From the NCBI GenBank assembly GCA_965205505.1, contig CBDBHB010000007.1, positions 352,001 to 416,000 of the forward strand: a DNA stretch of 64,000 bases, read 5' to 3'. Under the pieces are notes generated by a model, which had not been told where the DNA came from, did no database searches, and saw nothing but the letters and a program-made list of their open reading frames with translations. The first letter of the stretch is position 1; each line of letters starts with the position of its first letter. This DNA comes from Acidobacteriota bacterium. Its GTDB lineage: Bacteria; Acidobacteriota; UBA890; WLXD01. This document shows positions 20,200 through 31,817 of this stretch, piece by piece. Both the position numbers and the translations under genes were made by a program.

Positions 20200-21231
20200 A
20201 TGATCCAGTCTTGCAACACGCCCGGGGGTAGGCTCGTTGCCTCGGCCCTAGTTTTCTTGCTGGCTAGCACCGTAGTCCGAGCCGACACCGGGATTCGGCT
20301 CGAGCTGGTGTCGTCCGAGGGAGGTATGACCACGGCGCTGGTCGATCCCCGCGATGGAACCGGCCGTCTCTTCATCGTGAAGCGGCCCGGGCAGATCTTG
20401 ATTCTCGAGGGCGGCAACGTCCTGCCTATCCCGTTTCTCGATCTCTCGAACAAGGTGTCGTGCTGTGAAAGCGAGCGCGGGATGGCGAGTCTCGCTTTCC
20501 ATCCTGACTACGAGACCAACGGCCGCTTCTTCGTCGGCTACGTCAACAACAACATCGAAACGGTGGTTTCGCGGTTCACGGTCTCAGCCGATCCGAGCCG
20601 AGCCGACCCTGCCTCCGAGCGCGAGCTACTGAGCTGGGAAAAGATCGGCACCCATCATCACGGTGGCATTCTGGCCTTCGGCCCCGACGGCTATCTCTAC
20701 GTCGCCAACGGTGAAGGAGACGAGCGGCTCGAGGCGCAGGATCTCGGGACGTTCCCGGGCACGATCCTACGGCTCGACGTTGACCGCGGCTCGACCTACA
20801 AGATTCCGCCGGACAACCCGTTCCGCAACATGCCCGGGGTGCTACCCGAGGTCTGGGCCTGGGGCGTGCGCAACCCCTGGCGGATCAGCTTCGATCGCAA
20901 GACCGGGGATCTTTTTATCGGCGACGTCGGCAGAACGCGCTACGAGGAGATCAACTTCGCTCCGGCCTCGAGTGAAGGTGGGCTCAACTACGGTTGGCCG
21001 ATCAAGGAGGCCGAGGAATGTCTCAAGAGTGAAGAGAAGTGCGCTGATCAGACGCTCGTCGATCCGATCATCCAGTACCCGCACGATCCAGATGACGATG
21101 AGTGCAATGCGGTCATCGGCGGCTACTTCTATCGCGGCCCTAAGGCTCCGACGCTGTACGGCACCTATATGTACGGAGATTTCTGCACCGGACAGATCTG
21201 GGGAGCACGACGTAACTCCGCTGGCGAGTAG
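20200..21231 (+). pseudogene. PQQ-dependent glucose/sorbosone dehydrogenase family, C-terminally truncated
   Basis: ERGMASLAFHPDY, HHGG.LAFGPDG, GVRNPWR.SFD, YGDFCTG; TAG at a likely Trp, after which the frame continues ITNELLDTGL and then breaks off. Confidence 0.8.
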
Positions 21232-21442
21232 ATCACCAATGAGCTTCTCGACACTGGTCTCAAAGGCGATTCTGAGCCTGGGGTCAGTAGGGGGGTCCGC
21301 GGCAAAATGACGCCAGATCTTGAAACGAAGCCGGAGCCGACGGATCTCGATGCGATCCAACCGCGGTAATCATTCCGCGCTAGGACCGACTGTGCCCTTG
21401 ACCACCGGGGGCCTTATAGGTGTTAGATGGCTGTGCACCTCA

Positions 21443-21664
21443 TCAGTCGAAATTGACAGATACCTTGACGCCGCCCATTCCCGCCGCCGGAAGGACGTAT
21501 TCAGCCACGAGCCTATGTGGCAGCAGAAGCACGTCTTCATCGAACCGGTCGTAGTTGCCACGCGTCACCACGACGATCAGATCTAGCTCGGGAAACAGGA
21601 AAGCGCATTGCCCTTGTGCATAGATCATCGCGTGGCGCAGATCGCTGTGTCCAATTAGCTGCAA
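21443..21664 (-). pseudogene. Chimeric remnant: tyrosine-recombinase C-terminal motif joined to a serine-hydrolase C-terminus
   Basis: QLIGHSDLRHAMIYA (integrase box II-like) then GQCAFLFPELDLIVVVTRGNY (beta-lactamase-family C-terminus). Confidence 0.5.
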
Positions 21665-21673
21665 CTCTCTCCA

Positions 21674-23170
21674 TCACGGGCGACTGTGGCCTTGTTGCCG
21701 GTACTGATCCAGCAGGGCTGTCAGGCGTGCCACCACATCGGGGTGTTGCCGGTAGATGTTGTTCGTCTCGCCGAGGTCTTCCGACAGGTTGTAGAGTTGC
21801 CCGGCGGGCTCACCCGGCCCCGGTTCGATGCGGATCGGCTCGGTAAAGCCGCCGGAGCCGCGCCCTTCGACCAGCTTCCAGGGTCCCTGGCGGATGGCGA
21901 ACATGCCGTCCGACGAATGATGGATAGCGGCGTCGCGCAGGGGCGTCTCCGGATTCTCACCCAGCAGGACGGGCAGCAGGCTGTAGCTGTCCTCCCCGGC
22001 GTCGCGAGGCAGTTCCGCTCCGACGACGGCAGCAAAGGTAGCCAACATGTCCGTCAGCGAGACCAGGGCGTCGCTCTGCGAAGCCGGCGCGATGCGGCCG
22101 GGCCAACGGATGATGAACGGAACCCGGTTGCCCCCTTCCCAGATGTCGGCCTTCTGCCCGCGCAGGTTCAGGTTGGCCCGGTGATCAAACTCGTCGATCT
22201 TGCTCCGCGGCCAGATGGCGCCATTGTCGCTGGTGAGGATAACCAGCGTGTTGTCCGTAATCCCCAGCCGGTCGACCGCGTCGAGGATCTGGCCGACGAC
22301 GCTGTCTACTTGCGCGGTGAAGTCGCCGTATTCGCCCACCACGGTCGTGCCCACGTACGGCGGCAGCGGCAACCATGGCGTGTGGGGCGCCGACAGGGGA
22401 ACGTACAAAAAGAAGGGCTGCTCCCTCGAGGCCCGGTCTTCGATGAACGCGACGGCCTTCTCGGCAGTGATCGGCAACACCTGATCGTGCTCGAAGCTCG
22501 GCGATATCGCCCCCTCCCGCCAGAACGCGCCGAAACAACATTCGAGGTTGCCTTCCGTGCGGGCGGTGGGCGCCTCGACAACGTGGTCGTTCTCGAAGTA
22601 GAGATACGGTTCAAAGTCCAGCGATGCGGGGATCCCGTAGTAATAGTCAAACCCCAGCGACGCGGGGCCTGGGCGCAGCGGCTTGCTGTAGTCGGTCCTC
22701 TCTTCATCGCCGAGGCCCAGGTGCCATTTTCCTACGCCGCCGGTGGCATAGCCCTGCTGCTTCAGCAACGACGCCACCGTCGTCCGGTTCGTGTCAATCA
22801 GGCTGGGCGAATAGCCTAGGAGGACGCCTTCTTTTAGATGGGTCCGCCAGGAATACTGCCCGGTCAGGAGCCCGTAACGCGTAGGCGTGCAGACGCCGGA
22901 GGGCGAATGCGCATCGGTAAACCGCATCCCCTCGGCAGCCAGGCGATCCATGTGCGGCGTCGGAATCTTGGAATCAGGGTTGTAGCTGCCCGGATCCCCG
23001 TAGCCCATGTCGTCGGCCAGGATGAGGATGATGTTGGGCGATTGCCGAGACGACGCTGCGGACGGCTCCTCCCCGGCTGTCTCCGGCCCGCACGATGCGA
23101 GCAGGAACATCGTCGACAGGGCTGCGCAGGCGCCGAGAATCTGGCGTATCGGACGGAATCGTCTGGTCAT
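21674..23170 (-). CDS. Arylsulfatase (Cys-type), lipoprotein
   Basis: LLASC lipobox, [35 protein letters not shown]. Confidence 0.95.
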   Translation of the reverse strand: MTRRFRPIRQILGACAALSTMFLLASCGPETAGEEPSAASSRQSPNIILILADDMGYGDPGSYNPDSKIPTPHMDRLAAEGMRFTDAHSPSGVCTPTRYGLLTGQYSWRTHLKEGVLLGYSPSLIDTNRTTVASLLKQQGYATGGVGKWHLGLGDEERTDYSKPLRPGPASLGFDYYYGIPASLDFEPYLYFENDHVVEAPTARTEGNLECCFGAFWREGAISPSFEHDQVLPITAEKAVAFIEDRASREQPFFLYVPLSAPHTPWLPLPPYVGTTVVGEYGDFTAQVDSVVGQILDAVDRLGITDNTLVILTSDNGAIWPRSKIDEFDHRANLNLRGQKADIWEGGNRVPFIIRWPGRIAPASQSDALVSLTDMLATFAAVVGAELPRDAGEDSYSLLPVLLGENPETPLRDAAIHHSSDGMFAIRQGPWKLVEGRGSGGFTEPIRIEPGPGEPAGQLYNLSEDLGETNNIYRQHPDVVARLTALLDQYRQQGHSRP

Positions 23171-23239
23171 GGGAGGGCGCTGTCTGGGAGCGGGCAATCT
23201 GTCGTGTCCCGGCTTCCGTTGGCCGGAAGACTACGGGTT

Positions 23240-23528
23240 CAGGTCTGGATCCCCAAGAGAGTCGTGTCGAGCGGCTCAACAAGGAGGTTCGCCGGCGCAC
23301 CGATGTCGTCGGCATCTTCCCGAATCGAGCAGCCCTGATCCGCCTGGTTGGCGCCGTGCTCGCGGGACAGAACGTGGGCTATCTCCCGTCGCTATGTGAG
23401 CCTCGAGGTGATCTCCGAGGCGCTCTCCCCCCAACCCATCCACCAGCGTGATGAGGGCCTGCTCGTCATCAGCGCTTGAAAAGGGACCGACTCAGTGACC
23501 TTCATACACCACTTGACGGGACGTGACC
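23240..23528 (+). mobile_element. IS256-family 3' remnant
   Basis: [31 protein letters not shown]; terminal tacaccacttgacgggacgtgacc resembles an IS256 right end. Confidence 0.8.
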
Positions 23529-23610
23529 AACACACGCTCTCAATTAAGCATAATTGCTGGTCATGCTCACGGATCCTCCACATCTCGCAGCCCTTTCAGC
23601 CCGCCTGTTG

Positions 23611-24588
23611 ATGGCAATCACCATCGCGGTCGTGCCTGCCATCGTCGCAGCCCAGCAAACGGGCGAGCCGGCAGAGGATGAACCTCCGCGCCGCGCCATC
23701 GTCGAGGCGTTGAGCACCGATCGTCCCGGTTTCTGGTGCGGTCCCTACGTCGTGGGGACCGGTATCTTGCAGATCGAGAGCGGGGTTGCCATCGACTGGT
23801 CACGTCGGGGTGATCAACGGTCGAATGGCCTCAGCACGCCTCTGGTACTGCGATACGGGTTGTCGGATCGCGTCGAGATGCGACTGAAGACGAGCGGGCT
23901 GGTGGTGGCTCGCGAGAGCAGCACCGACGTGCCCCGCACCACTAACGAGGGCATCGCCGCGCCGACCGTCAAGGCCAAGTGGCAACTGACCGAGAGCGAC
24001 GGCCCGACGTTGGCGCTGCTGCTGTCGACCGCCCTGCCGATCGGCAGCCCGGAGCTTCGCCCCGGCGAGCTTCAACCGGCGGCCCTAGCAGGCCGTGGTG
24101 AAAGTGTGGCGGGCCCTCCGGGCGATAGGGGGTTGCGCGCGTATGCTGCGTCGTTCCTCGTCAACGATGGGTATCCATCGCCTCCTCCTCTCTCCTTGCC
24201 TCCACTTCGCAAGACCCTGTCGCCAGGCCCGCCACACTTCCACCACGGCCTGCTAGTGTCGGCTGATCTGCCGGTGAGCGGCTCGGCAAGCATCTCGCTC
24301 AATGCCGGGGTAGTTTCCGCATTCGACGATGGCCTCGAGGGTCGGTTCGCGCAGGGTTTCTTCGCCGGCGTGCTCGGCTTCGCGCTAGCCGACGACTGGG
24401 GTGGTTTCGTCGAGGTGGCTGCCACGACCCCCGATGCCAAAGACGGCGACTCGGCGTTGTTCATCGACGGCGGAGTGAGCTGGGTAGTGAACCCGGATCT
24501 ACAGCTCGACCTGTCGGCGATTCGCGGAGTCACGGCAGCCGCCACAGACTGGACGGCGATGGTGGGGGTCAGCCTGCGATTCCGCTAG
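23611..24588 (+). CDS. Outer-membrane beta-barrel (MetA-pathway/transporter family) with an in-frame MITE insertion
   Basis: Signal peptide, STDRPGF, QIESG, LRYGL, C-terminal VGVSLRF; 56 extra residues from 24085-24256. Confidence 0.8.
   Translation: MAITIAVVPAIVAAQQTGEPAEDEPPRRAIVEALSTDRPGFWCGPYVVGTGILQIESGVAIDWSRRGDQRSNGLSTPLVLRYGLSDRVEMRLKTSGLVVARESSTDVPRTTNEGIAAPTVKAKWQLTESDGPTLALLLSTALPIGSPELRPGELQPAALAGRGESVAGPPGDRGLRAYAASFLVNDGYPSPPPLSLPPLRKTLSPGPPHFHHGLLVSADLPVSGSASISLNAGVVSAFDDGLEGRFAQGFFAGVLGFALADDWGGFVEVAATTPDAKDGDSALFIDGGVSWVVNPDLQLDLSAIRGVTAAATDWTAMVGVSLRFR
24085..24256. mobile_element. Complete MITE, 164 bp plus CTAG duplication
   Basis: CTAG at 24085 and 24253; 27-bp TIRs caggccgtggtgaaagtgtggcgggcc / ggcccgccacacttccaccacggcctg (1 mismatch); near-identical copy at 50163-50306. 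Confidence 0.93.
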
Positions 24589-24639
24589 CCGTCTGCAGGG
24601 CTGTCTCGACGCGGGCGATCGGTCGACAAGCTCGCAGAG

Positions 24640-25614
24640 TCAGCGCTGATCCTGCTCCGCTCGTATCTTCCTCAGCCACGACTCGAGCTCGTCGACGATG
24701 AGCTCTACCTCGCCGCGCAACACGCCACCGGCACCGATATCGGCGAGCTCGATATTGCGCCGGTAGCCCACTACCCCGCTTTCGCGCGCCACCAGCTCGA
24801 GGTAGCCCGCCATCGTTCGTGGGGGGCGTTCGGCCAGCTCGTCGACCGCGATACGTAGCTCGTACTCGGCTAGCTCAGGATCGACGACGAGGCCGTAGGC
24901 GCGCGAGTCGGCGATCGATTTGCGGAACTGTCGCTCCACACTGCGCAGGTCTGCCAGGGTCTCCTGCACCAGCTCGCGGCCGAGAATGTCGGCCGCTATG
25001 CCGCTACGATTCTCGTCTACGGGCTGTCCGGTGGGCGAAGGCGTGTTGCCCCGCGCCATGTTGTTGCGATCGAAGGGCCCCTCGGCACGAGTCTCGATCT
25101 CGGTAAGGTCCACCTCCGGCACATAGATGCGCGGCGCCAGGACGCGGTCCTGGAAGTCGTCGGGGGGCGGCCCCGCCTGTGCCATTCGCTGGATCTGGAA
25201 GGTCACATCGCCACCCGAGAGGTAAGCGAGAATGACCTGATCCCAGGCGACCTCGCTATCGCCCGCCCCCCAGGCGGCAACCGCAGCGAGCTGGTGCACG
25301 TGCGGTGCGCCTGGATTCAGCTCGGCGGCGCGCAACAGCGCGCCCACCGCCTCGCCCAGCTGGCCCATCAGTCCCAGCGTGCGCCCCCGCTGATAGTGGG
25401 CCTCCCACCACCCCGGCTCCGCCGCGATTGCCGCGTCGAGCTCCGCCAACGCGTCCGGTAGTCGGTCCGCCTGCGCCAGCTGAGCGGCACGCGCCATGCG
25501 CTCGCGCGTGTCCGGCGATTGGGCCGCGGGTACCAACGGGGCCGCCATCAAGACCACGGCCAGGGTACACGCCCCGTGCAGGAACCAGAAGCTCGAACCC
25601 GGTCGTCGATTCAT
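24640..25614 (-). CDS. Exported TPR protein (paralog of 47903-48718)
   Basis: Signal peptide; TPR AHYQRGRTL..LLRAAELNPG. Confidence 0.8.
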   Translation of the reverse strand: MNRRPGSSFWFLHGACTLAVVLMAAPLVPAAQSPDTRERMARAAQLAQADRLPDALAELDAAIAAEPGWWEAHYQRGRTLGLMGQLGEAVGALLRAAELNPGAPHVHQLAAVAAWGAGDSEVAWDQVILAYLSGGDVTFQIQRMAQAGPPPDDFQDRVLAPRIYVPEVDLTEIETRAEGPFDRNNMARGNTPSPTGQPVDENRSGIAADILGRELVQETLADLRSVERQFRKSIADSRAYGLVVDPELAEYELRIAVDELAERPPRTMAGYLELVARESGVVGYRRNIELADIGAGGVLRGEVELIVDELESWLRKIRAEQDQR

Positions 25615-25743
25615 TACGGCAACAAACTCCAGTGGCGAAACGTTTCTACAGCATATCAAGGCACGGGGTCGCCTCGACGCTCGGTGGCGCCGTGCTGCGG
25701 CGACCGCCAGCGCCGCAAGGAGCCAGGCTGTTATGGTCGCCGC

Positions 25744-27561
25744 ATGAGCGAGGCAACATTGCCGGCAGGGACCGCGGAAGGTACCAAACTCCGCGCCTGG
25801 CCACTGGTAGTGCGGTTCTGGCCGTGGGTGCGCCCGCACCGCAGATACGCCTGGACGATCTTCGGCCTGCTGCTGTTGAGCACGCCGTTGTCGCTCGTAT
25901 CGCCGCTCATCGTGCGCCGCGTGGTGGACGATGCGGTCGAGCGGTCGAGCCCCGACGAGGTGCTGTTCTGGGGACTCGTGCTGATTGCCATGACAGCCGT
26001 GAGCGTGCTGCTCGGGCTCGGCATCGGCTACGCCGCCACGCTGCTGCACAACAAGGTCCTCCGCGACCTGCGGGTCAGCCTCTACCTCCACATGCAGGCG
26101 CTGTCGCTACGTTACTACAACGACAAGGAGACCGGCTGGTTGATGTCGCGCCAGATGGACGACATCGACAACCTCGAGGGCGTCATGGCCGACACCTTCG
26201 CGCGCGGCGCCGTCGACGTCATTCGCGGCCTCGGCTACATGGTCATGATCTTCTACATCGAGTGGCGCATGGCGAGCGGCGGCCTGCTGCTGGCTGTGGT
26301 GATCTTCGGTTTCCAATTCCTCATCTCGCCGCGCCTGCGGCTGCTCTCGAAGACGGCGAGAGAGAAATGGACGATCGTCAGCCAGTCGCTGCATCAGTCG
26401 CTCTCAGGCCATCAGCTGGTACAGGCGACGGCATCGGAGCGCCGCGAGTCGCTGCGCTTCATGGGCGTGCTGCATGCCAGCGTACGAGCGCAAGTGCGGC
26501 GCGACATGTTCTCGTTGTGGACCAACAACGTGTTCGGTCTGATTGGCGGCGTCGCACCGACGATCATCGTGCTTGGCGGTGTCTACTTGATCGTCACCAG
26601 CGACTTCACCATCGGCGGCCTGTTCGCATTCTTCATGTACCTGATGCAGATGTTCGGCGCGGTCGGCCGGTTGACACGCTTGAACCCGCGGTTGCAGCGC
26701 TCGCTCGCTTCGCTGGAGCGCATATACGAGGTGCTCGACACCGCGCCCGAGATCGTCTCGCCGCCCGGAGGACTGCGCCCCGAGCAGGTCGCGGGCACGA
26801 TCACGTTTGACCAGGTGGAGTTCGAGTATCTGGAAGGACAGCCAGTGCTACGACGCCTCGATCTGGAGGTCGAGGCGCGCACGATGGTAGCCGTGGTTGG
26901 ACGATCGGGAGCCGGGAAGACGACGCTCGCCAGCCTCGTGCCGCGTTTCTACGACCCCACCCACGGCAGCGTGCGCATCGACGGCCACGACCTGCGCGAG
27001 CTCGATTTGCGCTGGTATCGAGGCCACGTCGGGCTGGTGCCGCAGGAGATCTTTCTGTTCGATCGGAGCGTCGCCGACAACATCGCGTACGGCACCAAGG
27101 GCGCCACGACGGACGGAATCCGCGACGCGGCGCGCGCCGCCAATGCGCTCGAGTTCATCGAGCGCATGCCCGACAAGTTCGATACGCTGATCGGCGAGCG
27201 AGGCGTGAGGCTATCCGGTGGACAGCGTCAGCGCCTGGCGATCGCGCGCGAGATCCTCCGTGACCCGGAGATCTTGATCCTCGACGAGGCCACCTCGTCG
27301 CTCGACTCGGAAACCGAGGCGCTTATTCAACAGGCGCTCGGCACCCTGCTGCAGGGTCGCACGTCGATCGTCATCGCACATCGGCTGTCAACGGTGGTGC
27401 GAGCCGACGTCATCGTCGTAATGGACGATGGGCGCATCGCTGAGATCGGCCGCCACGCCGAACTGCTGGCGCGCGACGGACCGTACGCGAATCTGTACCG
27501 TTCGCAGTTCCACGACGCCGCTCATTCGTCGTCACGAACGGATCGGCGGGGTCTGCGCTAG
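25744..27561 (+). CDS. ABC exporter, fused permease/ATPase (MsbA-like)
   Basis: TM domain, GRSGAGKT, LSGGQRQR, ILDEATSSLD, AHRLST. Confidence 0.95.
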   Translation: MSEATLPAGTAEGTKLRAWPLVVRFWPWVRPHRRYAWTIFGLLLLSTPLSLVSPLIVRRVVDDAVERSSPDEVLFWGLVLIAMTAVSVLLGLGIGYAATLLHNKVLRDLRVSLYLHMQALSLRYYNDKETGWLMSRQMDDIDNLEGVMADTFARGAVDVIRGLGYMVMIFYIEWRMASGGLLLAVVIFGFQFLISPRLRLLSKTAREKWTIVSQSLHQSLSGHQLVQATASERRESLRFMGVLHASVRAQVRRDMFSLWTNNVFGLIGGVAPTIIVLGGVYLIVTSDFTIGGLFAFFMYLMQMFGAVGRLTRLNPRLQRSLASLERIYEVLDTAPEIVSPPGGLRPEQVAGTITFDQVEFEYLEGQPVLRRLDLEVEARTMVAVVGRSGAGKTTLASLVPRFYDPTHGSVRIDGHDLRELDLRWYRGHVGLVPQEIFLFDRSVADNIAYGTKGATTDGIRDAARAANALEFIERMPDKFDTLIGERGVRLSGGQRQRLAIAREILRDPEILILDEATSSLDSETEALIQQALGTLLQGRTSIVIAHRLSTVVRADVIVVMDDGRIAEIGRHAELLARDGPYANLYRSQFHDAAHSSSRTDRRGLR

Positions 27562-27678
27562 TGGCACGGCGGCAGGCTCTAGCACGGCCTGCTGGCCCTG
27601 AACCCGGTAAACGGACGTTTTGCGGGGGGGAGACCCCGTGTGTCCGCTGACGCTACCAGTTCGCGGCCCGTCGGTCCA

Positions 27679-29073
27679 CTAGTGGCCTGTAGCAGATGAT
27701 CGTTGCCTGTCGTGGTGGCGCTGGTTGCGGCCAGCTGCGGTTCCTAAAGCCAGGAGATGTTGCTCGGTGCGCACGTACCACCTTCCGTCGACGAGCGCCG
27801 GCGATGCCAGCGTGCGCTCGCCGATCCGGTTCACGTGCAGCAGCCTGAACTCGTCGCCCGCCGCCAGGACGAACGTCTCGCCGGCGTCGTTGGTGAAGAA
27901 CACCTTGCCGTCGATTACCACCGGCGATGCCGAGAAGCTCTCGCGCTGCGCCCGCCCCAGCCGCCCCTGGTATAGAACCTCTCCGCTGCGAGCGTGGTAG
28001 GCGGTCAGCACCGAAGCAATGTCGTTGATCATGTAAAGGTTTTCGCCGTACAGCAGAGTCGAGGGAACGAACGGCGACCCCTTGGGGCTACTCCAGGCCA
28101 CGTGGGTCTCGGTAACATCGCCGCGCCCGCCCGGCCGGATCGCCAGCGTCGGCCCGGCACGTCCCGACGAAGAGAACACAAGACCATGCCCGACCACGGG
28201 AGTCGGAATCACTTCGAAAAGGTTGCCGCCGGCGTTCCAGAGCTGCTCTCCCGTGCTCGCCGAGTAGCCGTAGACCATGTACTGACTGCTGACCACGATC
28301 TCGTCGTGGTCGCCAACCCGGATGGCGATGGGCGTTCCCCAGCCGGTGTCCTCTTTCCGGTCCGTCCACCACACGGTGTCGCCCGTGCGCGCATCCAGCG
28401 CGGCAATAAACGAACGCACCTGCGACCCTCGCTGCATGTCCTGGTAGAAGATCACGCGATCACGATACAGGAGGACGGAGCCCGCCGTACCGTGCGATGC
28501 GTGGATCTGGCCGAAGTCGCGATGCCAGACGATCTCCCCTTGCATGTCAGTCGCTATCAGGCCGTGGTTGCCTAGGTAGGCATACACGCGCTCGCCGTCG
28601 GTGGCCGGCGTCCCCGACGCGTGGCCGTTCTTTTCGTGCGCGCGCTCCACCGGCGCGCGCGCCGGCGCCGCCTCCCAGAGCAGCCGACCGTCGCTGCGAT
28701 CGAACGCCAGCAAGGCCACCCGCGCTCCGCGCTCCGTGGCGCTGCTTAGGAAGATCCGATCGTCCCACACGATCGGCGAGGAGTTACCGCGCCCGGGAAC
28801 AGCGACCTTCCATAGCACGTTGTCGGTGTCCGACCAGGTGTCGACGTAGCCGCTTCCGGTGACCAGACCCTGCCCCGATGGCCCACGCCAGCGGCTCCAG
28901 TAGCGCGCCGCCTCGCCTTCCACCGGGATCATCTGCACGTCGTCTGCGGCCGGCATCGTAGGAGCCGCGACGAGCGTCGCCGGAAGTGCGGCGGGACCGG
29001 CGTTGGTGTCGACCAACAACACCGCACCGCTTGCGAGTAGCCCGGCAACTGCCACAACTGGTTTCCATGCCAT
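27679..29073 (-). CDS. PQQ-like beta-propeller repeat protein
   Basis: WSRWRGP, GNSSPIVW, repeated DARTG..W blades. Confidence 0.88.
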   Translation of the reverse strand: MAWKPVVAVAGLLASGAVLLVDTNAGPAALPATLVAAPTMPAADDVQMIPVEGEAARYWSRWRGPSGQGLVTGSGYVDTWSDTDNVLWKVAVPGRGNSSPIVWDDRIFLSSATERGARVALLAFDRSDGRLLWEAAPARAPVERAHEKNGHASGTPATDGERVYAYLGNHGLIATDMQGEIVWHRDFGQIHASHGTAGSVLLYRDRVIFYQDMQRGSQVRSFIAALDARTGDTVWWTDRKEDTGWGTPIAIRVGDHDEIVVSSQYMVYGYSASTGEQLWNAGGNLFEVIPTPVVGHGLVFSSSGRAGPTLAIRPGGRGDVTETHVAWSSPKGSPFVPSTLLYGENLYMINDIASVLTAYHARSGEVLYQGRLGRAQRESFSASPVVIDGKVFFTNDAGETFVLAAGDEFRLLHVNRIGERTLASPALVDGRWYVRTEQHLLALGTAAGRNQRHHDRQRSSATGH

Positions 29074-29147
29074 TTTGTTTTCCGTGGTGGGGGATTCATC
29101 GAGGTGGTCAGTCTGTCACGAAAACCGAGCCGACGGCTACGGCTGGG

Positions 29148-31780
29148 TCAATCGGTGCGCAGCGCTACGATCGGTTCGACGCGCGCCGCCCGCCGGGCCG
29201 GGAGCACGCCGGCAAGCAAGGCGGTAAGCAGCATCGTAGCCCCCACCGCAGCATAGATCGCCGGGTCGTTGGGCTCGACACCGAAGAGCATGCTCGCCAG
29301 CAGCCGGCTGGCAAGAAGCGCTGCGCCGAGGCCCAGAGCGACGCCAAACATCACCGGCACCATCCCACCAACTAGGACGTCTCGAACCACGACGCTCGCC
29401 GGCGCTCCGAGCGCCACGCGGATGCCGATCTCACGAGTCCTGCGGCTGACGACGTAGGACATGACGCCGTACACGCCTACCGCTCCGAGCACCAACGCCA
29501 GGCCCGCGAAGCCGCTCAGCAGCCAAGCGGAGAAGCGCTCCCGGCCGAGCGAGCCGCCCATCACCTCAGGCATACTCTGGATGCTGGAGATCGGCACCTG
29601 TGGATCCAACGATCGAATCACCTGCAACACCGGCGCGATGGTGGCTCCCGGTTGCAAGCGCACCGCCACTACCATGCTGGCCAGCGGATATTGCTCAGTC
29701 GGTCGGTACAGGCTCACAAACGCCGGCCAATCGAGCCGATGCTGGCGTACGTCGCCAACCACACCCACCACCTCGCGGTTCTGGTTGCCGAACAGCGCCA
29801 CGTTCTTGCCGATCGCCGATTCGCCCGGCCAGTATTGATCGGCAAAGCTCTGGTTGACGATCACCACATCCGGAGAATCGGGTCCGTCACGCTCGTCGAA
29901 CAAGCGGCCGTCGATCAGCGGGATAGCCATGGTGCGGAAGTAGTTCGCCGCCACCCCCGGAAGTTGACTACCGGCAACGGGCGCCCCTCCTCAGGCTCGT
30001 ACCCCTCGGCCACGAACGGAAAGCTCCAGTTGCCGGCGTGAAGCGGCAAGATGTGGATCGCACCGGCGCTGTCCACGCCCGGAGCGGCGGCGATCTGCTC
30101 CATCAACTGCGCCCAGTATTGGCGCTGCTGCGGGCCCTCGGAGTAGCGCGAGTCCGGAGCGGTGACGCGCATAGTCACCACATCACGAGCATCGAATCCC
30201 GGCGCCACCGCCCACAGTTGTGTGAGGCTGCGCACCAACAACGCAGCAGCCACCACGAGCACACACGACAGGGCCACCTCGGCGACAACCAGGATCTGGT
30301 TCGTGCGCATGCTCGCCAGGCTGCCCCCGGCACCCGGGGCCCCGTCGCCGAGCGCGTCGCGTAAATCGCCACTCATGGAGCGGAAGGCGGGCGCAGCCCC
30401 GAACAGTAAGCCCGCGAGGATGGAGATCGACAGGGCATACGCGAGCACCACAACGTCCACCGTGATCGCCTCCGCCCTCGGCAAGGTGCCCTGCATCCAC
30501 CGCGCTACGAATCCGACGAGCTGGGTGGCCAGCAGCACCCCCGTCGCGCCCCCGACCAGACCCAGAAGCACCGACTCGGTGAGCAGCTGCACCATCAGGC
30601 GCACGCGCCCAGCGCCCAGCGCCGCTCGCACGGCGAGCTCGCGCCGACGAGCCGACGAACGAGCCAGCAAGAGATTGGCGACGTTGGTGCACGCGATGAG
30701 CAGCACCAGGGCGACTCCGCCCAACAGCACCAACAGCGTCGTGCGCACCGATCCCACCGTGTGCTCGTGCAGTCCGACGACGCGCGCCAGTGACAGGTCT
30801 TCCTTTTGGTCCAGGCCCAACCGCGCGTCGATGCCAAGCCGAACGAACAGCGCGGCGAGCTCGGCCGACGCTTCGGCAACACTCGCCTGCGGCTTCAACC
30901 GACCTCCTGCCTGCAAGTACCACGAGTGGTAGTAGTCCCCTTCCTGGCCAGGGTCGATTGGCAGCGGCGTCCAGAGCTCCCACTCCTCGCCCAGGGGCCG
31001 ATGATCGGCGCCCATCACGCCGATCACGCGCCGGGAAGCGGCGTGTTCGTTGCCAATGTCCACTCGCCGACCGACGATGTCCGGATCGGCGCCGAATCGC
31101 CGTTGCCACAGGCCGTGGCTGAGCACCACCACATCGTGGTTGCCGGAAATTGATTCCTCGGCACGGAACGAACGGCCGAGCACGGGTTGCTCTCCGAGCA
31201 CGCCGAAGTGGTTGGTGGCCACCACGCCACCGGAGACCGACTCGGACTCTTCGATGCCGGTGATCGTGAAGCCCCAGCCCGACCAAACTGTGGTGTCGAC
31301 GTAGACAGTCGACTCTTGTTGCAGCCGCTGGTGGAGCGCTTTGGTGACGTTTTCGCCGGGCCAGATGCGTACCAGCCGATCGGGCTCGGCATAGGGCAGA
31401 GGCTGCAGCAACACTGCGTTGACAACGCTGAAGATCGCCGTGTTGGCCCCCACCCCGAGTGCAATGGTGATGATGGCGACGCCGGAAAACGAAACGTTGC
31501 CGAGCAGGTCTCGGAACGCGTATCGGAGGTCCTGCGGAAAGCCGAACATGGCACGCACTATCCTTGGGGAACGGTAAGCGCTGGCTGGGGGAATACCGCG
31601 CGATAGCACATCGGCCCACTGCCGCGCAGCACCGACGAGCAACCCGGCCGACTCGCGCATTACGAAGACGAGGCGCCGCTGCCGAATCGGACGCGCCAGG
31701 CGCTCGGCGAGACGCTCATCCAGCGTCTCGAGCATGGCGGCGCCGTAGTCACGTCGAACGGCACGCGGGTACAGCGCCAC
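29148..31780 (-). pseudogene. Duplicated orphan ABC permease (ADOP), frameshifted
   Basis: [34 protein letters not shown] and EIGIRVALGA span two ORFs joined by a frameshift in a G5 run near 29955; the natural start region near 31800 is also out of frame. Confidence 0.88.
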
Positions 31781-31817
31781 CAGGAGTCGGAACAGCAGTC
31801 GGCCTCACGGCGCGACC

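Noticed and set aside
21415-21440. Integron attC site (GCCATCTAAC after a stop, minus strand)
   Set aside because: Only one core-like half; no matching GTTRRRY end or integron integrase.
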